A stretch of DNA of 57,960 bases, counting the filler, from Sluysia triapertura (Eukaryota), in assembly GCA_046118255.1 (NCBI GenBank). It is 4 parts of 4 records of this genome, joined end to end, with 100 filler letters (N's around TTAATTAATTAA, not from the genome) between each part and the next. Parts side by side here need not be neighbours in the genome. Positions count along the whole stretch, not along the records: positions 1 to 16,938 come from JBJNIA010195266.1; positions 17,039 to 32,061 come from JBJNIA010241104.1; 2 more parts are not named here. One strand, 5' to 3'. Both the position numbers and the translations under genes were made by a program. Positions 14,801 to 26,630 of the stretch are shown piece after piece; the stretch's first letter is position 1; the number at the start of each line of letters is the position of its first letter. Below the pieces are notes generated by a model. It saw only the letters and a program-made list of their open reading frames with translations. It was not told where the DNA came from and made no database searches.

Positions 14801-16938
14801 TTTTGATTGTGCTGACGATTATGATTACATTTTTATTACTGACAGTGACTGATTTGTAGTTATTTATAAATTAATGCAGACATGGTCTTGAAAAATAGAC
14901 TAATTTTTCCGTATTGGAATGTTATGTCGGTGTGTCTATGTAGAAAATATACATACAACATAGAATAGAAAATATAACATATATAGTGAAATTATATTTA
15001 TTAATACAATTAGATTTAAATATAGAAATTATACACACAGAAATTATATTAGATTTATAAAATAGTAATTACAAATAATATTGTGTAAATAATAAATATG
15101 TACACCATGTTTGTAAATGATTATATTGGTAATCAAAATTATTAAATTTTATTATAAAATTGATAATTATATTAGTAATTAAAATTATTATTGCAATTAA
15201 ATCAAATTATTAAGCGAAATTGTAAAATTTTGTTTAAACGGATATAGTATAAGGTCATCTCAAAGAATGAAACCATTCAAATTCGTATACCTCCATAATT
15301 ATTGTTTACATTTTTACAATGCCATTTTTATTGTCTTTGGAAAATTTTTTAATTATTCGCTTTTTTCTTATTTATCGTAATATTCTAAATCATGGTTTTT
15401 AATATAATTTTGATCGAGTTTTATGCTCTTAAAATTTTTATTTCATCTTATTGTTATTGATTCTTATTTTTGAAATGATTTTATTGATTATGATAATAAG
15501 GCTTAATGTTTATAAATTTTAATTTCACATTGTCTTTATTGAATCTTATTTTAAAATGACTATTTATGTAATTTCCATTTAAAAATTGATTGTTAATATG
15601 TTACTAAATTTTAAACTTATATTATCTCTATGTAATTTTGTGTTATTACAAAACCACATTTTGGAGACTCTAAAACTTTTACAGATATATACATTATTCG
15701 TTAATCTTTATATTAAATATAAAATAAAACATGCAACAAAATAAATTCATTATTCCTTTGTGGTCAACTTCGGCAGTGATGAGAATGATTGATTATAATT
15801 TTATTTTATTCATTTGCAGTACTAAAAATCATTGCACAAAATATTATCAATTGATGTTTTATTAGTCGACTCTAATATTTTTAGAATTTGTTCGCCATTC
15901 TATTGTATTTATTGATTCTATTTCATACGAATAAAATTCATCATTTGTTTTTTGGTCAATATTCAAATAAATATTTTTCATAAAAAAGTTTATAAAACGT
16001 TCTAAATGATGTAGACGAATACAAATATGTGAAAAAGTAAAATTGAAAAGCAAATAATTAAAATTGAAAAATAATTAACCATCAACATGACTGATATGCG
16101 AATCTGGAATATTGGCAATACTTGGGATAACTTTTATAAAAATTGATAAACAATTTATGAATTATGAAATGAATTTATATGCAAATTTAAAATGTACAAT
16201 AAAAAATAACAATTCATATATCAATATTAATATCGTCATTTTTTCATATAAAGATTTTTCATATTGTCTTTTTGTTTGTCTTAGTAAGAAACAATTACTG
16301 ATTTCAAAACAGATTCAGAAAGTTTATTCACATCTGAAAGTAACGTTCCAAACATTATTAAAATAGATATGCAACTGGAAACAAATCTAGTTATAATTTC
16401 TGCCCTAATAAAAAGCGTACAATGCATTATTTTTCATGTCCAAAATCGGAGAAATATTTTTCTTTGATGTACATTAACTTTAGAATTAAACAATTAAATT
16501 TTATTAAGGAGTAAACCTAAGAGGTAAAGTAGGGTTGGCTTAGCTCCACTTAGAGATAATAGATATAAAACAGTTTAAAATTCATGTGTAATCAGTAATG
16601 AGACATTGCATAACTTTCACATATATATCATACTACTACATAATCACAAAACTTGTTCATGAACTATCATATTTCTTAAATATTTGGGATTAAAATTTTG
16701 CAATACCATATTTACCTCTAAAATTATGATTATTATGATTATTATTTAATTTTATTTTTATATTATTTAGATACAATACCGGTTAGTTATTTTTACATTA
16801 ATTAGTTGAATTAATTGTTGTTTATGTGATGTTATGATGTTAAATAAGCATTTTCATAAATTAGTGCAATCTCTATTGAATTTTTAAATATGTTATAAAA
16901 GATAAAATTTTATTAAAACCTATATGTAAAATAGAGAA

Positions 16939-17038
16939 NNNNNNNNNNNNNNNNNNNNNNNNNNNNNNNNNNNNNNNNNNNNTTAATTAATTAANNNNNN
17001 NNNNNNNNNNNNNNNNNNNNNNNNNNNNNNNNNNNNNN
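16939..17038. other. Artificial scaffold linker (44 N + TTAATTAATTAA + 44 N); also at 32062-32161 and 44212-44311
   Basis: The same 100-bp structure occurs at all three gaps. The palindromic 12-mer gives stop codons in all six frames. Confidence 0.95.
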
Positions 17039-17069
17039 TTTTAACAAATTAAACCTTTTACAGGGTTAT

Positions 17070-17250
17070 CTTTTCGTATCTCTCATTATTTTACTTTGAT
17101 TCAAATGTTCTCTATGGTTATCTTACTATTGCAGTTCATCATAATGCTTCGTCTTAGTTCTTTAATAACATTCCACTTATACTGCTGTCTTAAGTTTTGA
17201 CCCTTCTATCAACCCTTATTCTTCACTAATCCCAACAGTAACAAGGATTA
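17070..17250 (+). repeat. Dispersed repeat, inverted copy of 56440-56625
   Basis: Shared ttttcgtatctctcattatttt...cagttcatcataatgc...ttttgaccctt.tatcaacccttattcttcactaatcccaaca. Confidence 0.8.
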
Positions 17251-17359
17251 TTTGATGATCTTGAAAAGATGCGCATTCCCTAGTTTTGTGATATTGTTGG
17301 GATACAGGCCTAAGGTGCCATAGTATAATTGAGTATAATAAAAATGAAATTGTTAGACG

Positions 17360-17428
17360 GGCCTGATAACTCAGTCGTAGAACATCGACTGCGCAGACAG
17401 GTCCTGGGTTCTATCCCCGGTCAGTCCA
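17360..17428 (+). pseudogene. tRNA-derived repeat or tRNA pseudogene (tRNA-Cys-like), copy 1
   Basis: A-box-like TAACTCAGTCGTAGA and B-box-like GGTTCTATCCC. Acceptor stem GGCCTGA/TCAGTCC with one mismatch. Anticodon arm is disrupted. Confidence 0.7.
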
Positions 17429-17516
17429 TTTTATGAAGTCTAACAATATTAATAAATTTAAAATATATAATTTATGTATAGAGAATAACCGGCTTTTGAT
17501 AAATAGGATCTGTATG

Positions 17517-18258
17517 CAGTGATGAGCTATGAAATTTTTAACACTCTTTCTTTCTCGAGAATCGTATGAATTAGTACTCTAGCAATGTGTCACTGAAACT
17601 GGCATATAAGAAAAACAAAATAATGTTAATTAAATGGTTTGTTTTATACAAAAAACAATATTATATTAATAAGGAATAGAACAAAATAAAGAAAAAATAT
17701 GCCATTTGTAAAAAATAACTGGAAGTACTAATACAAGAAAATATTTACAACTTATGCCAGAAGCTGTCATACTGTATTTCCTTCCTGCTTCACGTCTTGT
17801 GATCTTTTAGATTTATCCAGAGTCAGTCAATGACTTTTCAAAAAAGATTTGACGTACTAGTTAGGGTTAAATACTTCCAAAGATTTCCCAGAAAATCCAA
17901 AACGTGTTTAACAGTGAGAGAAGATCTTTTCATTGTAACGATATTATTCATCGATCTAAAAGCTCGTTCAGTGATTATTTCCATAATGACCTTGGCTTTT
18001 TTCAAGGCGTTGGGAATTTCGATTTGGAATTTTCCAGTCAGTGAGTTTTCTATTAAATCATTTATTTTAATTTCATTTTTTAAAATAAAATTCAAAGTTC
18101 TTATTCTCTTTTTCCTTCTGGCCATGGATACGTAACTTATTCCATATTCCACATTTCAGGATAACATACATTAAATATGTATTTCAAGAACAAGGGGCTC
18201 GCAAATCATGGAATAATTTAACAATGGGCTCGCACGAACCCCCTATAGCTCACCATTG
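17517..18258 (-). mobile_element. Internally deleted hAT transposon carrying a C-terminal dimerisation-domain remnant
   Basis: TIRs cagtgatgagctat and atagctcaccattg (12/14 match). Imperfect TSD tctgtatg/tctctata. ORF 17838-18152 contains ERAFRSMNNIVTMKRSSL, cf. hAT ERxFSxMNxIxTxxRxxL. Confidence 0.7.
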
Positions 18259-21200
18259 TCTCTATATATTAGAAATGTAAAACTGAAGATAATGTTGTGT
18301 GATGACGTTTGTAGTGTTTATGAATGAATTCGTTCTTGATTAAACACAAATATCAAGACTTTGATATATGAAATAGCCCTCACGTGCGTCAGATAAAAAA
18401 TAGTTCGTCTAACAAACACTGGCAAACACTGGATAAGAAGAAGTTCTATATGTATAATAGTAAAGAATTGAAACAATTTGAAATTTAAGCAAAATATTAA
18501 AATTTATTCGTCTATACTATACGTTTTATACCAAAAACGAATTAAATTCGTTAATAAATATAATGTAGTATTGAAAATAAATTATTTTAATATAAATTTC
18601 ATGATTCGTTTAAAATAATTAAAAGTTTACGTCAATTTTAGCTCTACCCTAAATTAGAGTAATCTTATCAATAATAAACTTGCAAATACAAAAAATAAAT
18701 TAATGTTATAAAATTTAATTAAAATTGTTTCTTGTTTTACTGTCACGATGCAGCCACATTTTTCAAACGTTGTTCTAAATGTATTGATGCATAGATTTAG
18801 CAGCGATAATAAGACCATTGTAATTCATAAAATGTGTACATTTAGTTTTTTTAGTCAATTGATTATTTGTTAATGATTTTAGGCCTAGAGACCATTTTGT
18901 TTTACAATTCACATTATTAAAATAATGTTATAATTTAAAATATACCACTCTTCCGTTTAATTATAAACATCGTGGTCTCTCAAGACCAAAACTTTAATAT
19001 AATTATTGTCTAAAGCGTAAACAAATATATATAAACATTATTTTGACGAAAAAGATTCGACTAAACATATTTTGAAATGTTACTTTTTTATTAAACAAAT
19101 ATATAAAAAGGGGCATCAACAAGTATTGTATTTATTAAACTTATTTTTTCTCATTTATGTATTTTAGATTGACAATATATATTCTGTTCAATTTTATAAG
19201 AATAGTTTAAAAAATTATATATATTATTCTAAAATAATTATGAAATAATTACATAAGTAACAGAAATATGAAATAATAATAATTATTTATATTATAAATT
19301 TAATCATGCAATCAGAGTTGATATTTATTTCCATTCAATTTCTTTTATTTTTGTATTTGTTTTACGCTACCTCAGAACAATATTACTTAATTTTCGTGTT
19401 TCAGTACGAATTTCCCGAGTACATAGTATTTCATTTGAAAGCACTGAAAATAAAATTAACACTTCATTATGCATTCCTTGAAGCCATATCGCAGTAAGAT
19501 GTGTGACAAAATCTATTTTTATTATTCATTTTTCTATCGTATTCAGTTTAACACATCCAAATTACATTGAACCATGTTTTAATACAACTAGTTATACTCA
19601 TTGTGAATTACCGAGATAACTTTCGAAATCCATGCATGATGACACGGATTTGTAAAATGTTGCTTTACAGAGTAGTCAAACTAGTCCAGTGACAATATTA
19701 CAATGTTTTCAATGTAAACACTCGAAATTAGAAACACTGATGATCTCGCAAGTGTTAGTTTAAACGTAATTTGTTTTTAAAAAGTATGATTTATCACTTT
19801 TCTTATATAATGAGTGAAGTTCAAACTTCTACCTTGGATATAATGTTTGCTGATTTATGTCGTAATATATGTATGATGTTTAAGATGAACATAGTTTGAA
19901 GACCAACGTAATAAATTAGTATTCGTGAAAATTCTTGCAGAATGTTAAGTTATTGGAGTAAATGTTTTTAGTGCCTATTATTAATTTTTTGCTATTGTTA
20001 CGGAATCTTATCGTATTGGAAAAGATTTTTCTTTTGGTTAGTCGAATTAATAAAGGTCTGTATGTTCTTATAGTAATTTTGGAACTACAAATCAAACTAA
20101 TCTTTAAAGATGTATGTTTTATGAGTCATATGTTGAGAATGTGTAGAATAAACTGGTTTTAAAGATAAGCTTCGTACTTATGAAGTGTTTTGGACTATGT
20201 TTTATGTTTTAATAAGGTGAATTAGAGCAAAATACGAACTGGATAAGTATTTACTAAGAACGAATATTTAGAAAACAAGTTAAGAAATAGTCACAAAGAG
20301 CAGAGTAAAATCAACTGTCGTCTACAAAACTAAAATCATTTCGAGCATATCTTCCCGAAAATTAAATAACAATAATAATAATTTATAAACACAAACAGTT
20401 TGTAATCGGATCGAGATCGGAAATTTATCAAATAACTTTACATCTAAAAGAGTAACTATTATTTATGTTACATTCCCTTATCTCGAAATTTAAGATTTGT
20501 GTGGAAGAATATAAAATAAACATTGTTGTACGGTACTAAGCACTAAATTTGTGCATATGTGAGAACATCGTGCATGTTAAAGTTCACCATAAAATAATCT
20601 ACATAAATTTATTCATGCATAAAAATAGTGATATGTAAACATCATTAAAACACAAGTCAAGGTCAATCTACTGGATCTACATTAATTTAGAATGAAATTA
20701 AATCGATAATAGTACAAGTCTAATATATATTACTAATATAACATTACATTTATTGATTTTAATTAAAAAACCAGTAGAAAAATATTATTTCCAAAAGTAG
20801 TAACAAGAATATTAATGAATATTGATTTTTAATTGACAATAATATACTTGTAAGCAATTTTAATCCTGTCATATGTCTATAAGGACATAATATGTACTAG
20901 TGGTGTCAAGGCAACACTGAATTGTTTCAAAAATTCGCATTCTTAAAACATGTATTAATTTAACTCAACCACGAATACACTCGTGATTCTTTCAGTGTAT
21001 ATTATTACGTACAACTTGCTAACCTTTTATGGCCACAAGCATAAATATACGAGTGTAAAAACTTGAAATAAACGTATTTTTACAAAAATTCTACTTTATT
21101 ATTGTAATTTATTGATAGGTATTACTTCTGACTCTACAAAACTACACACTGCTTGCACTGATGGGAGAGATGTTGCAGATAAACTCAGTTAGAGTCAAAT

Positions 21201-21675
21201 TGTTCAATATTACATGATCCCGTTATTTGCTGAGACGAAATGGAATCTAAGTAATCATCAGTGGTGAAGTTGCGAATTTACAGAAAATTGTGTGTCCTGT
21301 TTTTAAGTATTTTCATACTTTCATCTATTTGTGTGATTCATGATTTATTTTTTGCTTAAACGTATGTGCAAATAAGACGAAAGATATCGAGTCCTGTTGC
21401 ATTTCCATTGCCAACCACACGAGTATACTCGTGTTTGATTTTTATACATGAATAATGATGATTATTTATGACAATATGTGTGTATTTATCTTGAAATAGT
21501 AAACAATAACACTCAAAAGCGAATAACTTAAATAAATTATTTGGTTTTGGTAGAGGTTTTTCACGAGTTGAGAAAAATTCAGATAACTTAGGAAAGAAAA
21601 TTCCAATTTTCTAGAAGCAAATGTGAAGAGAATTAGAAAAATTTCAAATTTATTAATCATTATTTATCCATTCAG

Positions 21676-21990
21676 GTTCCTGCAGAACTTGGTTACTTGA
21701 CCAGACTAGGCGTGCTATCTCTGGCTGATAACCAGCTGTATCAAATTCCTGCATCGCTAGGTAACTTGTATCGTTTGGAAGTGCTCAGTTTACATAAGAA
21801 TCAGTTACACACTCTGCCACCTGCTATCGTCAAACTGAAAAGACTGCGCGAATTGTCACTACGCAACAATCCTTTGGTACGCCATTTTGCTCACACACTA
21901 GACTGGCAAGTGCCATCCCTGCTGGAATTAGCCGGACGAGCTGTGGTACAATATCGGAATACATATTTGAGTCATATAGATTTTTCTGAG
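21676..21990 (+). CDS. LRRC58: LRRC58 penultimate exon (three LRRs plus the SLLELAGR cap)
   Basis: ttcag acceptor ends at 21675. Translation VPAELGYLTRLGVLSLADNQLYQIPASLGNL...LSLRNNPL...PSLLELAGR matches the LRRC58 LRRs and the PTLLELAAR motif. The 3' boundary assumes a GC donor at 21991. Confidence 0.88.
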
Positions 21991-22619
21991 GCTAGTTATT
22001 AATGTAAAATAAAACTCGATTAATAAGCGATCTCCTTCATAAGTTTCAATATAGCACTTAAACTTAACATTTCTGAACATTATGCGCGGCGGGCCGTATG
22101 TCCCGAGCAGTTATTATAAATATTGATAAATTTGTTATACAGTATCGTAACTAGCCTCTGACGAGCCCTGTGCAAGATATTAAATTCGGTCCACCCTATA
22201 GCACCAAAAAAAACAATTATACATTTAACGCAACAATATGCATGTTCAAAAAGTATATATATATAATAAAAACCAAACAGCAAATTCATGGATTAGAAAA
22301 CGATTATAAGAATACCGTCAGCATACATAAATTTTCGGCGGAAGCACATGTATTCATTCGTCGGCCCTCAGGCCTGGGCCCTGTTGCAGCTGCCTATTAA
22401 AAAATTAACCAATAAAAAACACTTTGGAAATGCCAATCAATATATCATTAAAGATAATAGTTTAAGAAATAATGCTGTATCTCGGATGAATACAAATAAA
22501 AGCACGGTCAAATCTAGATTGACGATCTAGATTCATCTTACTTTTCATTATTTATGTTAATATTGCTTTTTTAGCTCTTTTTGCTTAAAAATTCAAACTT
22601 GTCATTTTGTATTCAACAG

Positions 22620-22931
22620 GAACTTACAACCAACTTAGTACGTTACTTAGAAACAGCCCAACAATGTGCAAATCCTCGTTGTAGTGGTGTATACTTTTCG
22701 AGCTGTATCGAGCATGTAAAATTTAAAGACTTTTGTGGTAAATATCGTATGCCGTTGTTGGCGTATTTGTGTTCACCGACCTGTCAAATGTACGCTAGTG
22801 CTGGTGGAATGTCACCTCGTGGATCTATATCAGGACCCTCGTCAGGTGCAGCGAGACCTGGGTTATCGTCATCTTCTGAGGATGATAATGCCGATGATTA
22901 TTACAAAGTTCGTAAAGTATTGTTGGGTTGA
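22620..22931 (+). CDS. LRRC58: LRRC58 terminal exon (cysteine-rich C-terminus)
   Basis: caacag acceptor ends at 22619. NLVRYL..AQQCANPRCSGVYF..C...VKFKDFCGKYRMPLLAYLCSPTC...KVLLG-stop is the diagnostic LRRC58 C-terminus. Confidence 0.92.
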   Translation, partial: ELTTNLVRYLETAQQCANPRCSGVYFSSCIEHVKFKDFCGKYRMPLLAYLCSPTCQMYASAGGMSPRGSISGPSSGAARPGLSSSSEDDNADDYYKVRKVLLG

Positions 22932-23168
22932 TCTGACACTTTCAAGTCATATTTTAACATAATTTTAGTTACTGATTATTTTTAGTAGATTAAATTTTGT
23001 CATTTGAATTATTTTATATATTATTGTTATTATTATGGTTACCATGGATTTATTGTTTTTATTGTCGTTTTGTAATTTTTTGGGAGAGAATATATATTAT
23101 TGATTATATGAAATTATTTTATGATAAATATAATGATTATGGAAATTAATAGTTATTAATAGTAACAA

Positions 23169-23420
23169 TGTTAGGTTGTTATGACAACCCTCTAAAATCT
23201 TATAAACTTCTTTAAAATTATTTTTATAATGTTTATTTTTCCGAAAAAGCAAATATAATATTCTAGAACATTCCATCGATTCCTATTGGCTGATGACTAG
23301 TACATAAACTAGTATCAGATTTGTAACATTTGCCATTTGTAAATCTCCATTTTGAATTTGGTACAAATTTTACATCAAATTTGCAGCGTCACCGTTTTGA
23401 TTCTTTTTGAGTAATTGCGA
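23169..23420 (+). mobile_element. Solo-LTR-like repeat family A, copy 2
   Basis: tgttaggttgttatgacaacc...ttctagaacattccatcgattcctattggctgatgactagtacataaactag, with CCAAT-like and TATA-like motifs. Confidence 0.55.
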
Positions 23421-23799
23421 AATTTTAGTAATCCGTTCATAATTAACAGTCTATTCAACACTTGAGCAATACTCAGCGAACAATTATTCGATTCCATGTA
23501 TTGGTAAATTATATATTGTTAGGATCAATTTCAACTTTCGAAGTTGACATTATAAAATTTTACTTATGTTTTCAGTTATTTTCATTATTTAGTCTCCGAT
23601 ATATTTTGAGGGCTAATAATAGCAATATATTAATTTATATTACGCTCATATCTACTGCAAAGTAAGTACTCAAAAGCGCTTAAGGTAAATCATTCACTGT
23701 AATATTTCTGAAACAGAAACAACTTTGTCGTTTTCGTAAATATTTCATAATCTTCCAGTAATTTGACACATTCTCTGATAGTACCGGTTGTATATTTTT

Positions 23800-24170
23800 G
23801 AAACATAAACAGTATGCAACCTATCACCTAGCTCTTATTATCACTGTGGATTCTGTATAGATTATTATTATGTCTCAATGAAATATTCATCTTGGTTTCC
23901 AAATGTTTTATTATTTCTAAGAAATATTCAGGACTTCCGTAATGTAAGCATTTGTAAATTATTGTAATGATTTTGAATTCTATTCTTATTTTTATTGGCA
24001 ACCAATGCAATTCCTTAATATCTTCCAACTTGGAGAATTAGTCTTACTGCTTAATTAATTATTAATTGTAATTTTTTTCACTTTTCTATATGTTAGTTAT
24101 CAATGAATGAATAATAAGTTTAGCTGTTTCTTTATTAATAAATTTTTGAGTATTTACATTTTTCAACAAT
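23800..24170 (-). mobile_element. L2/CR1-group LINE ORF2 C-terminal fragment
   Basis: KELHWLPIKIRIEFKIITIIYKCLHYGSPEY matches the L2-type LHWLPxxxRIxFKxxxxxYKxLHxxxPxY motif. Confidence 0.8.
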
Positions 24171-25389
24171 ACAATTAATATTTTCTTCCATGTTCATTTT
24201 TTGTAAGAGTTACTTACAAAAAAGATAAGTAATAGATATTAATTTTAAATATCTATTAAATACATCAACTAACAAAGTACTCATGGAATAAGTATTCGGT
24301 GTAAGTAGTGATTCATTTCAGTCAGTATATCACAGTTTTAATTCACTTTACACCATTCGATTTACAATTCCATTCAATTCTAGTTATTCTAATTTAGAGA
24401 AGATTGGTTTAGTAACTTGGTTACCAATTTGGTGTCGGTTTGGCTACTTATTTAGTGTTTAATTTTTTTCATACTCCTACCATTTGTCACACACACACAC
24501 ATAGACAAAATATTATTTGTCTGTTGCAAAACAGAAAGAAAATCTTCTGAATTTTAAAACTAGTTTATCCTTAAATAAGTAAATATCAAAAAGAGACTTA
24601 ATTTTTACAGATAGTTCAATGCTAGCTTTAAGAGACAAATATCAGAGTTGGTAACTAGTCATATCATTTTTAACAATACACAGCTGCAACAGATTCCACG
24701 TGTTTCGTTATTATTGTTCATTTAGCTCTGTTCTTAGAATTTCTTTGAGCCAATTCTTGATATACGAAGGCCATATTCCAAATAATGCTTTCGATGTTTA
24801 TAATAGCAAGTAGCACTTTCTCTCGGGTTCTTATTTGTCTTACATTAGGTAATAAGAGCGTCTAATTTTACTAAGAATGTAGTAGTATAAATATGCAGAA
24901 AGAAAATCTCAGTGACAAGCAAAATTGTAATCTCTCCAATTTATTTTTATCTATTAAAGTAGGTTTATCTGTAGAAGATATTCGCTTAAAGCAGTTTTGT
25001 TGTTTAAATATTATCAGACAAAGCTGATTTTAGAATATTTAATGTTCTTTAATATAACTCAATTGTTTTCGCTTGGCCTTAAGTCGGCTCTAAAAATAAA
25101 TAAAAGATTAATCGATAGTTTAAAATTAATTAAGAATAATTTTAAAAAATGAAATAACGCTTTCAAGCCTAAGAACTTTAGGGATGTATCTGATACAATA
25201 AAAGACTCGATAAAAGTCTATTTAAAACTAATACTATAGAAGTTATAAGACAAGACCCGTACCGTTATGTTAATATAACGATTGATGTAGAATATGTTAG
25301 GGAGTTAAAGCATAAAATTTTGTTTGTCATTTATTGTCATAGTTACTAGCACGCCCACTGTACGCTTTGAGTCGTGTAATGAATCTGGA

Positions 25390-25600
25390 TTAGTATTAAA
25401 AAATTCAAAAATTTTCAAAATATTTAAGAAATGAAGATAACTAATATTAAAAAAGTAGAAAAAGGAATCAGTGAAATGAAGTTGAAAACATCTACAACCC
25501 TCTGAATAACGTACTAAACAGTTTTAGAACCTTAGTAAAACCTTTAAACATAAAATAAGATTAAGTCTAAAAGTAGATTAATTAATTAAGAAAAAATACG
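25390..25600 (-). repeat. Dispersed repeat family B, inverted partial copy
   Basis: aaaacctttaaacataaaataagattaagtctaaaa is the reverse complement of the family-B core. Confidence 0.7.
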
Positions 25601-26229
25601 TTTTTATGAATAACGTTTGAATGTGGAATGATATAATTTGAAAGTATAGCGTCATCGAATTTATGCAAGAAAAGTCAAATTCGAATTAATTTTTAATTAT
25701 GGAATGATGATAAGAATATTAAGATGATTGCTATGAACGCGGAAAATCTAGAAATGAATTTAAAATATGTGTGCAATGGTATGTTTGAGAATAAAAACCT
25801 TAAACTATTGATATTAGAAAATACATGAATTCATTCTTTTTATGTATTTTAACAATATTCATGAGTGTTATTTTAATGTGAGAGGTAATTTAGTAAAAAT
25901 AGATCGAGTAGAGTAAATGAAAATAATGGTTGATCATTTGTCAAATTTGTGTGTTCTGTACCTAGCAAAGTTTGACAGACCTTACCACGTAATTATCAAA
26001 ACTGTATTTGTCGGTTTAATCTTCACAGGAGTGTTTGATTGTAAAACTCAAGAATGATTGGATGATTAGAAAGGGAATACAAGGGAATGCAAGACAATAA
26101 GAAATAGCACAAAAACAAAATAATGTTTTATGTTAATTAATTAATTAATTTTATTTTAATTGTTTTGTATATTTAATAATTTTATTGTGATTTACGTAAT
26201 TAATATACATTAACAAATTGGTTTTTTCA

Positions 26230-26630
26230 TTTTTAAAATCAAGAAATAAGAGATTTTAAAAGAATAATTCTAATACAAATTTTGTATAAAATCATATCAG
26301 CAAAAGAATTCTATTACATTCCAAAAAGTGCGAATTAAATGATCTTTATTAACCCTTGCATTCAAGAACTTAAAAAATAACTAGTATACAGTCAAAAATA
26401 ATTTCTCTTAAATAAACTAAATTCGATTTAAAGAATCATTTTAGATCATTTCTAAATTATGAAAATGAAATAATCGAGAATACATATTCCTTTAGACCCC
26501 GTTACTTGAATTTTCTTTAAAAGCTGACATATACGCATCGGTCTTCAAGTGTGTAAGCCCGTGTTCATAGAGGACTCATAAATAAATACATAAGTAAAAA
26601 TATATAAAGTTTTATTTATTTTCCACAAAT
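26230..26630 (+). mobile_element. LINE 3'-end repeat, copy 1
   Basis: Shares attaacccttgcatt.aagaacttaaa, catcgg..tt.aagtg and aaaatatataaagttttatttattttcca with 52090-52430. Confidence 0.55.

Noticed and set aside
16983-16994. Palindromic TTAATTAATTAA inside the N runs (three times)
   Set aside because: Identical 44N-12-44N structure at every gap, so it is an artificial scaffolding linker and not biology.
17360-17428. Functional tRNA gene call (also 35060-35131)
   Set aside because: The anticodon arms do not pair and differ between copies, so both are treated as tRNA-derived repeats.
22080-22530. Short overlapping ORFs inside the LRRC58 intron
   Set aside because: GC-rich gggccc/gagccctgtgc blocks look like a decayed MITE. 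No protein motifs or splice support.
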